Shown one piece after another: positions 38,911 to 48,009 of a stretch of DNA of 64,000 nucleotides. Below the pieces are notes generated by a model, which worked only from the letters and a program-made list of their open reading frames with translations, was not told the DNA's origin and ran no database searches. The stretch's first letter is position 1. The number at the start of each line of letters is the position of its first letter. The position numbers and the translations under genes are program-made. The DNA comes from a bacterium (lineage in GTDB: Bacteria; Zhuqueibacterota; Zhuqueibacteria; Residuimicrobiales; Krinioviventaceae), in assembly GCA_963693055.1 (NCBI GenBank), contig OY843751.1, forward strand, positions 3,296,001-3,360,000, written 5' to 3'.

Positions 38911-40560
38911 ATGAAGCGATTGTTTTTATTCTTGTTCATCTTGTTAGAAATTAACGCAGCAGCAGCCTCTGACAGTATAGAGTTGGCTAAACAAAACGGC
39001 AAACAAGCGCAGGAAGCATTAATCCATAGCAATCGGGTTCTTGATGCATATATGAAACGTCTCGATCCTGTAACCGGCCTTCTACCCCGCAAAGGTGGAA
39101 ACAAAACCTGGTATGTACGTGATTCCGCAGCCGACCTCTATCCTTTTCTGGTGATGGCAGCTTATTATACGGATCGTGAAATTTATGATCACCAGATGTT
39201 TGAAATCCTTCGTAATGAAATCAAACATTCCACACGCGTGGGGATGCTTTCCGATAATGTGCTGGCAGGCGGAGGCTTTGAACATGACGAAATTGACATG
39301 GATCGCATCATTTTCGGGTCCTGCGAATATGTCAAAGACGGTCTCATTCCCCTTACCGAACTTTTAGGACACCATGCATGGTATGAGCGAATGACAGGTA
39401 TTGTTGATGATATGATTGTCAACGCAACCTATGAAACTCCTTATGGTATGCTGCCGTCCATGAGTGATGAAGTCAATGGAGAATTTTTGCAAGCCCTCTC
39501 CCGCCTCGCATATCTTACCCATGATTCTCGCTATATCAATCAGGCCATTTCAATTGGAGATTTTTATTTCAATGTGGTCATTCCCGGGTCTCACGGATTA
39601 CCTACTCATATGTGGGATTTGAAAAATAACAAACCGGAAACAAACTTTTTTAATTTTGCCGATCACGGAAATGAGATCGTTGGCGGTTTATCAGAACTAG
39701 TATTATTTTTAAAAGAAACCGGACACCCTAAATTCGATGAATACCAACAACCCATGATCAATCTTATTGACCAACTGCTTGAAAGCGGCCTGAATTCTGA
39801 TGGCGTATGGTATTCCAAGATCAATCCCGAAACCAATGAGATCATTGACGAACGCCACGCACACTGCTGGGGGTATTTGTTTAATGCGGTTTATACAACA
39901 TATTTGATTTCCGGAGAAAAGCGCTTTCTGGATGCTACCGAACGTGCATTACAGGCTGTAACGGATAAGCCTGCCTACCTTGACGATCCTGATGGAAGCG
40001 GACGCAATTACGGTTCCAACGCTTATTCCGATGCAATTGAAAGCGCAATCGTTTTTCTGAATCGTATGCCGGACGAACATAAATTTACAGTGTTGGATGA
40101 ATGTGTGGACCGGTTCCTGAAACGCCAGCGGGATGATGGTATTATTGAAGACTGGTATGGAGATGGTAACTATGTCCGCACCGCACTCATGTACGTTTTT
40201 ATGAAATCACAAGGCACATGGATTGAGCCGTGGAATAAAGATGTTAGCCTGGGCGCAGTTGAACAGGATAACAGTATACTGATAACATTAGTAAGCGAAG
40301 AAGACTGGCAGGGTATTCTCCGTTTTGACAAGCCGAGACACAAATTGAACTTCAATCTTTCAGTCAATTATACACGTTTGAATGAATTCCCGGAATGGTA
40401 TACTGTAGAACAGGACAAACTCTATTCACTTGACATCAATGGCAAACAAGAGGTATATACCGGAGGAGAGCTTGTACGCGGTATACCTGTAGAATCAAAT
40501 TCTGGTGAGAGCCTGGTGATTCATGTCTCTGCCTTGCCTGGGCCACCGTATGGACCTTGA
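38911..40560 (+). CDS. Secreted hypothetical protein, possibly an (alpha/alpha)-barrel glycosidase-like fold
   Basis: Signal peptide, GGAGG RBS, helical aromatic/acidic segments (DSAADLYPF, DHGNEI, WYGDGNY); the fold is inference. Confidence 0.6.
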   Translation: MKRLFLFLFILLEINAAAASDSIELAKQNGKQAQEALIHSNRVLDAYMKRLDPVTGLLPRKGGNKTWYVRDSAADLYPFLVMAAYYTDREIYDHQMFEILRNEIKHSTRVGMLSDNVLAGGGFEHDEIDMDRIIFGSCEYVKDGLIPLTELLGHHAWYERMTGIVDDMIVNATYETPYGMLPSMSDEVNGEFLQALSRLAYLTHDSRYINQAISIGDFYFNVVIPGSHGLPTHMWDLKNNKPETNFFNFADHGNEIVGGLSELVLFLKETGHPKFDEYQQPMINLIDQLLESGLNSDGVWYSKINPETNEIIDERHAHCWGYLFNAVYTTYLISGEKRFLDATERALQAVTDKPAYLDDPDGSGRNYGSNAYSDAIESAIVFLNRMPDEHKFTVLDECVDRFLKRQRDDGIIEDWYGDGNYVRTALMYVFMKSQGTWIEPWNKDVSLGAVEQDNSILITLVSEEDWQGILRFDKPRHKLNFNLSVNYTRLNEFPEWYTVEQDKLYSLDINGKQEVYTGGELVRGIPVESNSGESLVIHVSALPGPPYGP

Positions 40561-40584
40561 TAAACCATCATTAAAGGAATAAAC

Positions 40585-41230
40585 CCAGATTATAGGATTA
40601 TCAGGATTGACTGATTAGAACAATTCCGGGCCCTGAGTGCGAGTGAGTGTCATGCTCACGAGTGTATCGAAGGGCCAGTAATTGTCTGAATTAAGACCCT
40701 GATTAAAGGATTATCCTGTCTGACTTGATTAGAGCCGGGCTCTGAGTGCGAGTGAGTGTCATGCTCACGAGAGTATCGAAGGGCCAGTAATTGTCTGAAT
40801 TAAGACCCTGATTAAAGGATTATCCTGTCTGACTTGATTAGAGCCGGGCCTGGTAAGCTGATCGCCCGGCACTTGAGTGCCGGGCGGAATATCACATTGG
40901 GACATGTGTCCCTACATACATAATTCAGGACAGAAGTCCTGACTAAAATTCCGCCGGGCACAAATGTACCCGGCAATCAAAGGGCTGGTAATTGTCTAAA
41001 TTATGACCATGATTAAAGAATTTAACAATGATTAAAGGATTATCAGGATTGCCATGATTAAATCCGGGCGCTGTACTTTGACATGCTCAGCAACCGTGCT
41101 GCCTTCGCCTAAAGCAGATGGATTTATCAAAGGGCTGGTAATTGTCTTTTTACGTTACCAAACAGGAGTTTGGTAACGAGTAAAAAAAACGGCAAACATG
41201 AGACGCTCAAAAAGCTGATAGCTATCAGCT
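40585..41230. repeat. Intergenic array of a conserved scaffold and REP-like hairpin inserts, including a 109-bp tandem duplication
   Basis: 40626-40734 and 40735-40843 differ at 2 positions. The AAGGGCYRGTAATTGTCT scaffold core occurs four times. Many palindromes. Confidence 0.85.
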
Positions 41231-41240
41231 ATTAAAAACC

Positions 41241-43202
41241 CTATTCCTCATTCAACGTTGCTAGCAATTCTTCAATTTCCATCTGAGCGGTCTCCCACTG
41301 TTCCATGTTTTGCTGAAGATTGTTTTTCGCGTCTGCATATTCTTTTTGCAGCTGAGCAGCTTTGGGACCATCTTTGTAGGTTTCAGGATCAGCAAGTAAT
41401 GTCTCTATTTCACCAATTCGTGTTTCAAGTATCTCAATCTGAGCTTCACAATCATCCACTATTTTTTGGAATTGGTTCCGTTTTTTACTGATTGCCTGCC
41501 GCGCTTCCGCTTCTTTGCGTTTATCTTCTTTGGATTTCTTGACTATACTGGTTTTAGATGTTGATTCAGTAGGACTAGAAGATTTGGAATCAGTGATTTT
41601 GGTTTCATCCTGCTGGCGTCTATGCAAATAATCAGAGTAATTGCCCTCATATACCCGCAAATGTTTTTCCTTGATCTCAATAACGCGAGTCACGAGTTTA
41701 TCCAGGAAATAGCGATCATGTGAGATGAGAATAACTGTACCATCATAATATTTTAACGCATGTTCAAGCGCTTCTTTCGATGCCATGTCCAGATGGTTGG
41801 TAGGTTCATCCATAATCAAAAAGTTGACAGGCGACATTAATATCTTGGCAAGAGAAACCCGTGCTTTTTCTCCACCCGACAATACCCCAACCTTTTTGAA
41901 CACATCATCACCCGTGAACTGAAAAACGCCCAATACATCTCTAACCTGTGGTAACAGACTGTCAGCAACAGAAGAACAAACCTCATCATAGACCGTTGCA
42001 TTTAAATCCAACGTATCCACCTGATGCTGGGCATAGTAACCAATATCGGTCTTTTGGCCAACAGTAATTTCACCTTGCTGTTGTTCAAGCTGCCCTACTA
42101 CCAGACGAGTGAGGGTTGTTTTACCGGCACCATTAACGCCTACCAATGCCAGTTTTTCACCACGGTACAGATCCATATCCACATTTTCAAGGACCCAGTC
42201 CTTTTCGTATTTGAATGACATGTTTTTTACATGCAGTACTTCTTTATAACTTTGCTGATGTACGGAAAGTTTAAAATTCAAGCGTCTTGGCGGTGGCGGC
42301 AGTACAACATCTTCAAGCTTATTTAGCTGTTTCACACGACTTTGTACCTGTTTGGCTTTACTGGCTTTGTAGCGAAAGCGATCAATAAACTCTTCCTGCT
42401 GTTGTCGTTTAGCTTTGACTTCTTCCTGTCGTTTCATCAACAGTTCAAGATTTTCTTCTTTTCTACGCTCATAATCGTGGTAATTACCGGGATAATGGGT
42501 CAGTTTGCCTCTGTCCAGTTCATAAATTTCATTACACAAACGTTCAATAAAATAACGGTCATGCGACACAATAACCATACTACCGCTGAAACTGAGCAAG
42601 TATTGTTCAAGCCATTCGAGTGAAGGTAAATCCAGATGGTTGGTAGGTTCATCGAGAAGCAGCAGATCCGGTTTCTGGATGAGCAAACGCGCCAAATAAA
42701 CACGCATACGCCAACCACCACTAAAATCAGAGATAGGACGGTGAAAATCAGATACAGCGAATCCCAAGCCGGACAAAATCGCTTTAATACTGCTTTCCAG
42801 TTTGTATCCGTCAAGCACTTCATAACGGCTTTCCAGAGTGCCCAACTTTTTCAGCAGGGCATCGTGATCGCCTTCTCCATCTTCAAGCTGATGACGGATC
42901 TTGTAAATCTGTTCTTCCAGATCCAATAATTCTCCCTGACCTTCTAACGCAACCTCTAGAATACTGCCACGCTCAATACTGATCTCTTCCTGAGGAAGAA
43001 ATCCTATAACATAATCTTTGGGTTTTATCTGCTCCATAGAATCAGGTTGCAGGTCACCATTTACCACGCGTAACAAGGTGGTTTTCCCCGCACCGTTGGG
43101 GCCAATTAACGCGGAACGTCTACCAGGAGTTATGGTCCAGTTTACATCGTTAAATAAATATCTTTCACCAATAGCATAATTTAATCGAGATATTTGCAGC
43201 AT
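41241..43202 (-). CDS. ABC-F family ribosome-associated ATPase (YheS/YdiF-like)
   Basis: Two ABC domains (GPNGAGKT, GVNGAGKT, two DEPTNHLD), linker RFRYKASKAKQVQSR, C-terminal coiled coil, no TM segments. Confidence 0.92.
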   Translation of the reverse strand: MLQISRLNYAIGERYLFNDVNWTITPGRRSALIGPNGAGKTTLLRVVNGDLQPDSMEQIKPKDYVIGFLPQEEISIERGSILEVALEGQGELLDLEEQIYKIRHQLEDGEGDHDALLKKLGTLESRYEVLDGYKLESSIKAILSGLGFAVSDFHRPISDFSGGWRMRVYLARLLIQKPDLLLLDEPTNHLDLPSLEWLEQYLLSFSGSMVIVSHDRYFIERLCNEIYELDRGKLTHYPGNYHDYERRKEENLELLMKRQEEVKAKRQQQEEFIDRFRYKASKAKQVQSRVKQLNKLEDVVLPPPPRRLNFKLSVHQQSYKEVLHVKNMSFKYEKDWVLENVDMDLYRGEKLALVGVNGAGKTTLTRLVVGQLEQQQGEITVGQKTDIGYYAQHQVDTLDLNATVYDEVCSSVADSLLPQVRDVLGVFQFTGDDVFKKVGVLSGGEKARVSLAKILMSPVNFLIMDEPTNHLDMASKEALEHALKYYDGTVILISHDRYFLDKLVTRVIEIKEKHLRVYEGNYSDYLHRRQQDETKITDSKSSSPTESTSKTSIVKKSKEDKRKEAEARQAISKKRNQFQKIVDDCEAQIEILETRIGEIETLLADPETYKDGPKAAQLQKEYADAKNNLQQNMEQWETAQMEIEELLATLNEE

Positions 43203-43432
43203 AGTCCATTCAAAGTTTGTTCATACAAAGAAATGAATTTACTAAAGAATAGACAAAAATCCCAATGGAAAAATAACCAAGATTAATACCATGATTAAAA
43301 AAGATTCACATGATTTACCATGATTGAAGGATCATATAGTTTTGAGCAAGAAATATTATTATGCATTTTTATTTCTTTGCGTACACTGTGATATCTTGGC
43401 GACCTTTGCGATCTGTATTTTTTAAGCATTAA

Positions 43433-44848
43433 TTAATACTCGCTGAAATACAATCCCACTTCCGAGATTAACGGACACGCGCGCGCATCATTAATGGTCA
43501 AACGGACATATCTGGATTTAACTGCATCAATCCGATCCAGCTTTTTATTACCAATGGTTGTGCCCTTACTCACCTCGATCCATTCATTACCGGACTTTAC
43601 TTCCACAGTATATGCCTTTATCCGTTGCCCCATCATAATGGGTTCGCGAATTTCGACAACATTAAAAGTCTTATCTTCTCCCAAATCCAATTCAAGAGAT
43701 GCAGAAAGAGTATTATTGTCTGTGGTCCAATAAGTATTATTATCCTTGTCCACTACATTCGCTGCCTTGAACTGTTCCGCGTTCCCCCTCACCTCACTTG
43801 CAGTTACAGTTGCACCATCAACAAGATTATCATCAAAAATGGAATCCAGTGCTTTTCTAAACTCATATAGCCGTTTAACATCAGCTTCTTCAAACAGTCC
43901 CCTGTCATTGGGTGGTATATTCAGCAACAGTACGCAATTCCGGCCAACGGATTTGAAATAGATATCCAGCAAATGTTCAAGCGATTTGGGCTGCTGCTCC
44001 TTATGCCAGAACCAGCCTTTGCGTATAGATACATCACACTCGCCTGCCACCCAATCGGGTCCTTCAATATCACCACTATTTAAATATTTAGTATCGGCTT
44101 TACCGATTTTAACTCGGGATTTGTCGATCATGGACCAGCATGTTTCACCGGCAAAACCATGTTCATTGCCAATCCAACGGACATCCGGGCCGGAATCGGA
44201 AAACATGCACACACCCGGCTGCATTTGGCGAACCAGCGACCAGAACATATCATAATCATAGACCTGTACTTTACCATTGGGACCTTCTCCGCAAGCACCG
44301 TCAAACCACATCTCGGTCAAGGGACCATAATTTGTCATCAATTCCCGCAGTTGTCCGGTATAATACTGATTATACGCTTCTCCCTGTCCATAAGTCGCTT
44401 CGTGGCGGTCCCAGGGTGAGAGATAGATCCCCATGCTGATTCCAAATTTTTCACAGGCATTAGAAAGCTCTCTAACTATATCTCCCTTGCCATCTTTCCA
44501 GGGACTGGTTTTCACGCTGTGATCGGTGTATGCGCTGGGCCAGAGGCAGAATCCATCGTGATGTTTGGCTGTAAGGATGACAGTTTTAAATCCGCATTCC
44601 TGAGCGGTTTTGGCCCACTGTTCTGCATCCAGATCGACAGGATTAAAGATTGCAGGTTCTTCGGTACCGTCTCCCCATTCCTTGTCTGTAAATGTATTGA
44701 CAGTAAAATGCACAAACATGATCAATTCCTGTTGCTGCCAGGAGAGCTGTCTTGCCGTGGGTATGGGCAGGATGGGTGTGGGTGGTGTGGTTTGCGCGAA
44801 CAGGTTAACAGACATAAAAAACAGGATAAATAATTTTAGAATTTTCAT
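43433..44848 (-). CDS. Alpha-L-fucosidase (GH29) with C-terminal F5/8-type domain
   Basis: TAKHHDGFCLWPS, YLSPWDRH, EMWFDGA, WIGNEHG, ECDVSIRKGWF, SVGRN. Signal peptide from ATG 44848. Confidence 0.92.
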   Translation of the reverse strand: MKILKLFILFFMSVNLFAQTTPPTPILPIPTARQLSWQQQELIMFVHFTVNTFTDKEWGDGTEEPAIFNPVDLDAEQWAKTAQECGFKTVILTAKHHDGFCLWPSAYTDHSVKTSPWKDGKGDIVRELSNACEKFGISMGIYLSPWDRHEATYGQGEAYNQYYTGQLRELMTNYGPLTEMWFDGACGEGPNGKVQVYDYDMFWSLVRQMQPGVCMFSDSGPDVRWIGNEHGFAGETCWSMIDKSRVKIGKADTKYLNSGDIEGPDWVAGECDVSIRKGWFWHKEQQPKSLEHLLDIYFKSVGRNCVLLLNIPPNDRGLFEEADVKRLYEFRKALDSIFDDNLVDGATVTASEVRGNAEQFKAANVVDKDNNTYWTTDNNTLSASLELDLGEDKTFNVVEIREPIMMGQRIKAYTVEVKSGNEWIEVSKGTTIGNKKLDRIDAVKSRYVRLTINDARACPLISEVGLYFSEY

Positions 44849-44869
44849 GATAACTCCGGGAATGGGTCT

Positions 44870-45140
44870 AACCACAAAGCCGCAAAGGACATAAAGATTT
44901 TAAATATACAAATAATCCATAAAAAAGAAAATGAATTGATGGATAATTCCCAATATTTCAACCATATCAAGAAATTAAAAATATCAGAAAGAAATGATCC
45001 GTGAGGAACCGTGTAAATCTGTGGCTTGAATTATTTGGCCATGGATTGACACTAATCCACGCAGAATCTCTTCGCGTACTTAATCTTTGTTGTTCCCCCT
45101 AAATACAGATAAACCACGAAGGACACGAAACTCACGAAGA
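44870..45140. repeat. Cluster of degenerate 9-bp-period short repeats, partly in inverted pairs
   Basis: AACCACAAAGCCGCAAAGGACATAAAG; ATCCGTGAGGAACCGTGTAAATCTGTGGC / GCCATGGATTGACACTAATCCACGCAG; AACCACGAAGGACACGAAACTCACGAAG. Confidence 0.65.
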
Positions 45141-45199
45141 AAAACATTGTTTTTTATACAATATGTTTTATTTTTAGTTAAACACAATAAGGGGAAATC

Positions 45200-46042
45200 A
45201 TGAGCGAAGAAAAAACCTGTTTCATCATAATGCCAATAACTACACCCGAATCACACTTGGAAGAATACAGAGATGGAAAAACACATTTCAAGCATGTATT
45301 AGATTGCCTATTGATACCCAGTGTAAAAAAAGCTGGATTTAAACCAATCCCACCAATTGCAAAAGGTTCTGATATAATTCAAGCAGAGATTATTAAAAAT
45401 CTTGAAATATGTGAGCTGGTCTTGTGTGACATGTCAACATTGAATCCAAATGTTTTTTTTGAATTTGGTATAAGAACTGCTTTAAACAAGCCAGTCTGTG
45501 TTGTAAAAGACGAAATCACCCAAAAAGTGCCATTTGATACAACAAATATCAACTATCATGAATATAATAGCTCAATAGATCCTTGGGAATTAACTTCTGA
45601 AATTGATGCATTATCAACACATATTATAGATTCCTATAAGAGGAGTAATAATAAAAATACTTTGTGGAAATATTTTGGATTAAAAGATAAAGCTATTCCA
45701 TACCAAACTGAACCAGGTGAAAATTCTGATATTGAATATATTAAAATGCAAATCAATTCTATAAATCAAAAAATGGGAGGCTTTACTTACACTGAAAATG
45801 AAATAGGTCCATTAACTAAAGCTATAGTTAACTTAAACGATTCAAACAAACAGATTTCTAAGTCCAAAATATATAGAATAATTGAAGAATTCAAACCAAC
45901 CACAGCTGAAATTGAAAATATTAAAATTCAAGATGGAAACATGATAAATATACATTATACAGGAAAGTGGTCAAGTGTTGATAAAATTCTCTTAATAGAT
46001 TTCTTTAAGAAAGTACACTATAATGTACAATATGAAATGTAA
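45200..46042 (+). CDS. Nucleoside 2-deoxyribosyltransferase/TIR-like domain protein
   Basis: KTCFIIMP...IIKNLEICELVLCDMSTLNPNVFFEFGIRTALNKP...PFD; visibly more AT-rich than its neighbours and on the opposite strand. Confidence 0.72.
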   Translation: MSEEKTCFIIMPITTPESHLEEYRDGKTHFKHVLDCLLIPSVKKAGFKPIPPIAKGSDIIQAEIIKNLEICELVLCDMSTLNPNVFFEFGIRTALNKPVCVVKDEITQKVPFDTTNINYHEYNSSIDPWELTSEIDALSTHIIDSYKRSNNKNTLWKYFGLKDKAIPYQTEPGENSDIEYIKMQINSINQKMGGFTYTENEIGPLTKAIVNLNDSNKQISKSKIYRIIEEFKPTTAEIENIKIQDGNMINIHYTGKWSSVDKILLIDFFKKVHYNVQYEM

Positions 46043-46109
46043 ATAATTTATATTAAATAACACCTTTTAAAAATATATCACAAATCCTATTAAAGTAATC
46101 CACTACCTG

Positions 46110-46136
46110 CTTTGCGATCTTTGCGGCTTTGCGGTT
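46110..46136. repeat. 9-bp-period repeat, inverted relative to 44870-44896
   Basis: CTTTGCGATCTTTGCGGCTTTGCGGTT. Confidence 0.65.
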
Positions 46137-46140
46137 ATCT

Positions 46141-46172
46141 AAAAAAAAGCCCGTCCCAAAATCAGAACGGGC
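46141..46172 (-). terminator. Probable terminator after the NIPSNAP gene
   Basis: GCCCGT...ACGGGC stem followed by T8 on the minus strand. Confidence 0.6.
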
Positions 46173-46185
46173 CCAGGTATATTCA

Positions 46186-46977
46186 CTATATCTGCGAGCA
46201 CCCAAGCGGACGCAGGATAATATCTGTGATATTGGATACGGTGTCTTTGTACTTTTCCACCTCACGCAGCTGTAACCAATCCGGATGGGTACGGAACTTG
46301 TCCCAACTGGCAAAACGCTCATCCATGTCGTTAAACGCCAGCATATAGGTCAAATTCGGCATCATGGGGCCTACAATAGTCTGCCCAAACAAAACAGGAT
46401 TCAAATCGGAATCTTTGAAAATATCAATCTCGCTGCCATTGTTAAACATTTCAACTTTGAGATTACCGGCCTTAACACTGTGACTCTCGTAAATACGTAT
46501 TTCATAAATGCGGCTCTTGTTTTTCAACATTTCTGTTGGCACCTCTACCTTGGGCATGTGCGCAAAACATTGCAGTAAAGAGGATTCCCTGCGAACATAC
46601 GCTATATTATCCAGCGTTGTGTTGAGGAAATCTGCGCCGGCTTTATTATATTCCGCATCATCCAGTAATTTTTGAGGTACTGTTAATACAGATTCTATAT
46701 TGGGGTGCGGGATCATAATATACAAAGTGGGGTCAGTAGGACCAAAAAAGACATTGAACGCACCCACGTTTTTAATGCCTGCACGATTCAATGCGGGTAT
46801 AGCCGCATCACGATAAAATTCTTCAACGCGGTTCTTGCCAGAACCCACATTCAACCGATATTTAATCAATTCAACAATTTCCTGTTTTCCTGTAGCAGCA
46901 TTTGCATCACTTTGCATGCCTGCCATGGTGGCGGCGCCGGCTGCAACAGAAGCTGATAAAAAATCTCTACGCTTCAT
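46186..46977 (-). CDS. Tat-exported NIPSNAP-family protein
   Basis: MKRRDFL twin-arginine signal; IYEIRIYESHS, PNLTYML, WDKFRTHPDW, LRPLGCSQI. Confidence 0.82.
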   Translation of the reverse strand: MKRRDFLSASVAAGAATMAGMQSDANAATGKQEIVELIKYRLNVGSGKNRVEEFYRDAAIPALNRAGIKNVGAFNVFFGPTDPTLYIMIPHPNIESVLTVPQKLLDDAEYNKAGADFLNTTLDNIAYVRRESSLLQCFAHMPKVEVPTEMLKNKSRIYEIRIYESHSVKAGNLKVEMFNNGSEIDIFKDSDLNPVLFGQTIVGPMMPNLTYMLAFNDMDERFASWDKFRTHPDWLQLREVEKYKDTVSNITDIILRPLGCSQI

Positions 46978-46989
46978 ATTTTTCCTTCC

Positions 46990-47999
46990 TTAATTTTTCC
47001 TTACACGTATTGTATATGCGTGTTTTGGATTTTCAACCAATAACTGATTAATTTCCAAATCAGTAAACCCACTTTGTTTTAATGCAGGAATCAATTTCAG
47101 GGACAATGAGGCATAATCCCGAAAATCTCCACCATTCGGTTCTCCTACACGGTACCAGCCCGCATCATGAGATAACAAGACATGGTTCAACACATTATTC
47201 GCTTTCATTACGGAAAGCATTTCAACTATCGACTCTATTCGTTTCGGATCGTCCCGCATATTATCAATGGATACCCAACCACCCTGTTTTGCAAAACGGA
47301 TTCGCTCTTCATCTATACCTCGTTGCGAATGTGTCCAGATAAATGCTTGTGGCGAAACACCTTCTTCGTCAAGTATTTCCAACTGTTGAAAGGCCGGTGA
47401 ACCGGGACCAGTATGAGAATTAATTGTTAATCCGGTAGCAAGGTGGGTTTTGGCTGCAGCGCGGGCAAGTTTAGCGTGCAGTTCGGATAACACAGAATCT
47501 CTGGCAACTGCAATTTTTATAAAACCCGGTTTAATACCCGTATCTTCAATACCATTCTGCCATTCGGAAATCCATCGTTCAGCCAACTGTTCGGCAGTTT
47601 TGGTATGTGCGTGTTTAGGAATATATTGATCATTCATTGCTCCGTAATAACCGGTATTGGTCAGAATATACATCCCCGATTTTTCGGACAGCATCTTACA
47701 AAGCAAGGGATCTCGTCCCACATATGCGGGTGTACATTCAACAAGGGTTTGTATTCCAAGATCTTTGATTTGTTGCAGATAAGGTAAAACTTTGGCAGTA
47801 ACCTCTTCTCTATCCCAGCGATGGTAACCTGTACTGTCTGCACCTATAAAATCCACCAAAACATGTTCATGGCTCAACGTCTGGCCCATGTCATCCGGTG
47901 AAATGGCACCATTCACAGTCATCACAATGCTGGTTTCTTTCTGACTTTTACAGGAAACCAAGACCAGAAAAAGAAGCAGATAAAATATTTTTTTATCAT
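46990..47999 (-). CDS. Phosphotriesterase-family amidohydrolase, probable lipoprotein; start codon out of frame at an A7 tract
   Basis: TLSHEHV, ECTP, GRDP, GFIKIA, SHTG, WTHSQ, LLSHDAG. The body frame encodes KKIFYLLLFLVLVSC upstream of the track start (47961). Confidence 0.82.
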
Positions 48000-48009
48000 T
48001 CTCTTTGCC

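Noticed and set aside
40585-41150. CRISPR array
   Set aside because: The scaffold is long and degenerate, the inserts are palindromic and vary widely in length, two are near-identical, and there are no cas genes in the window.
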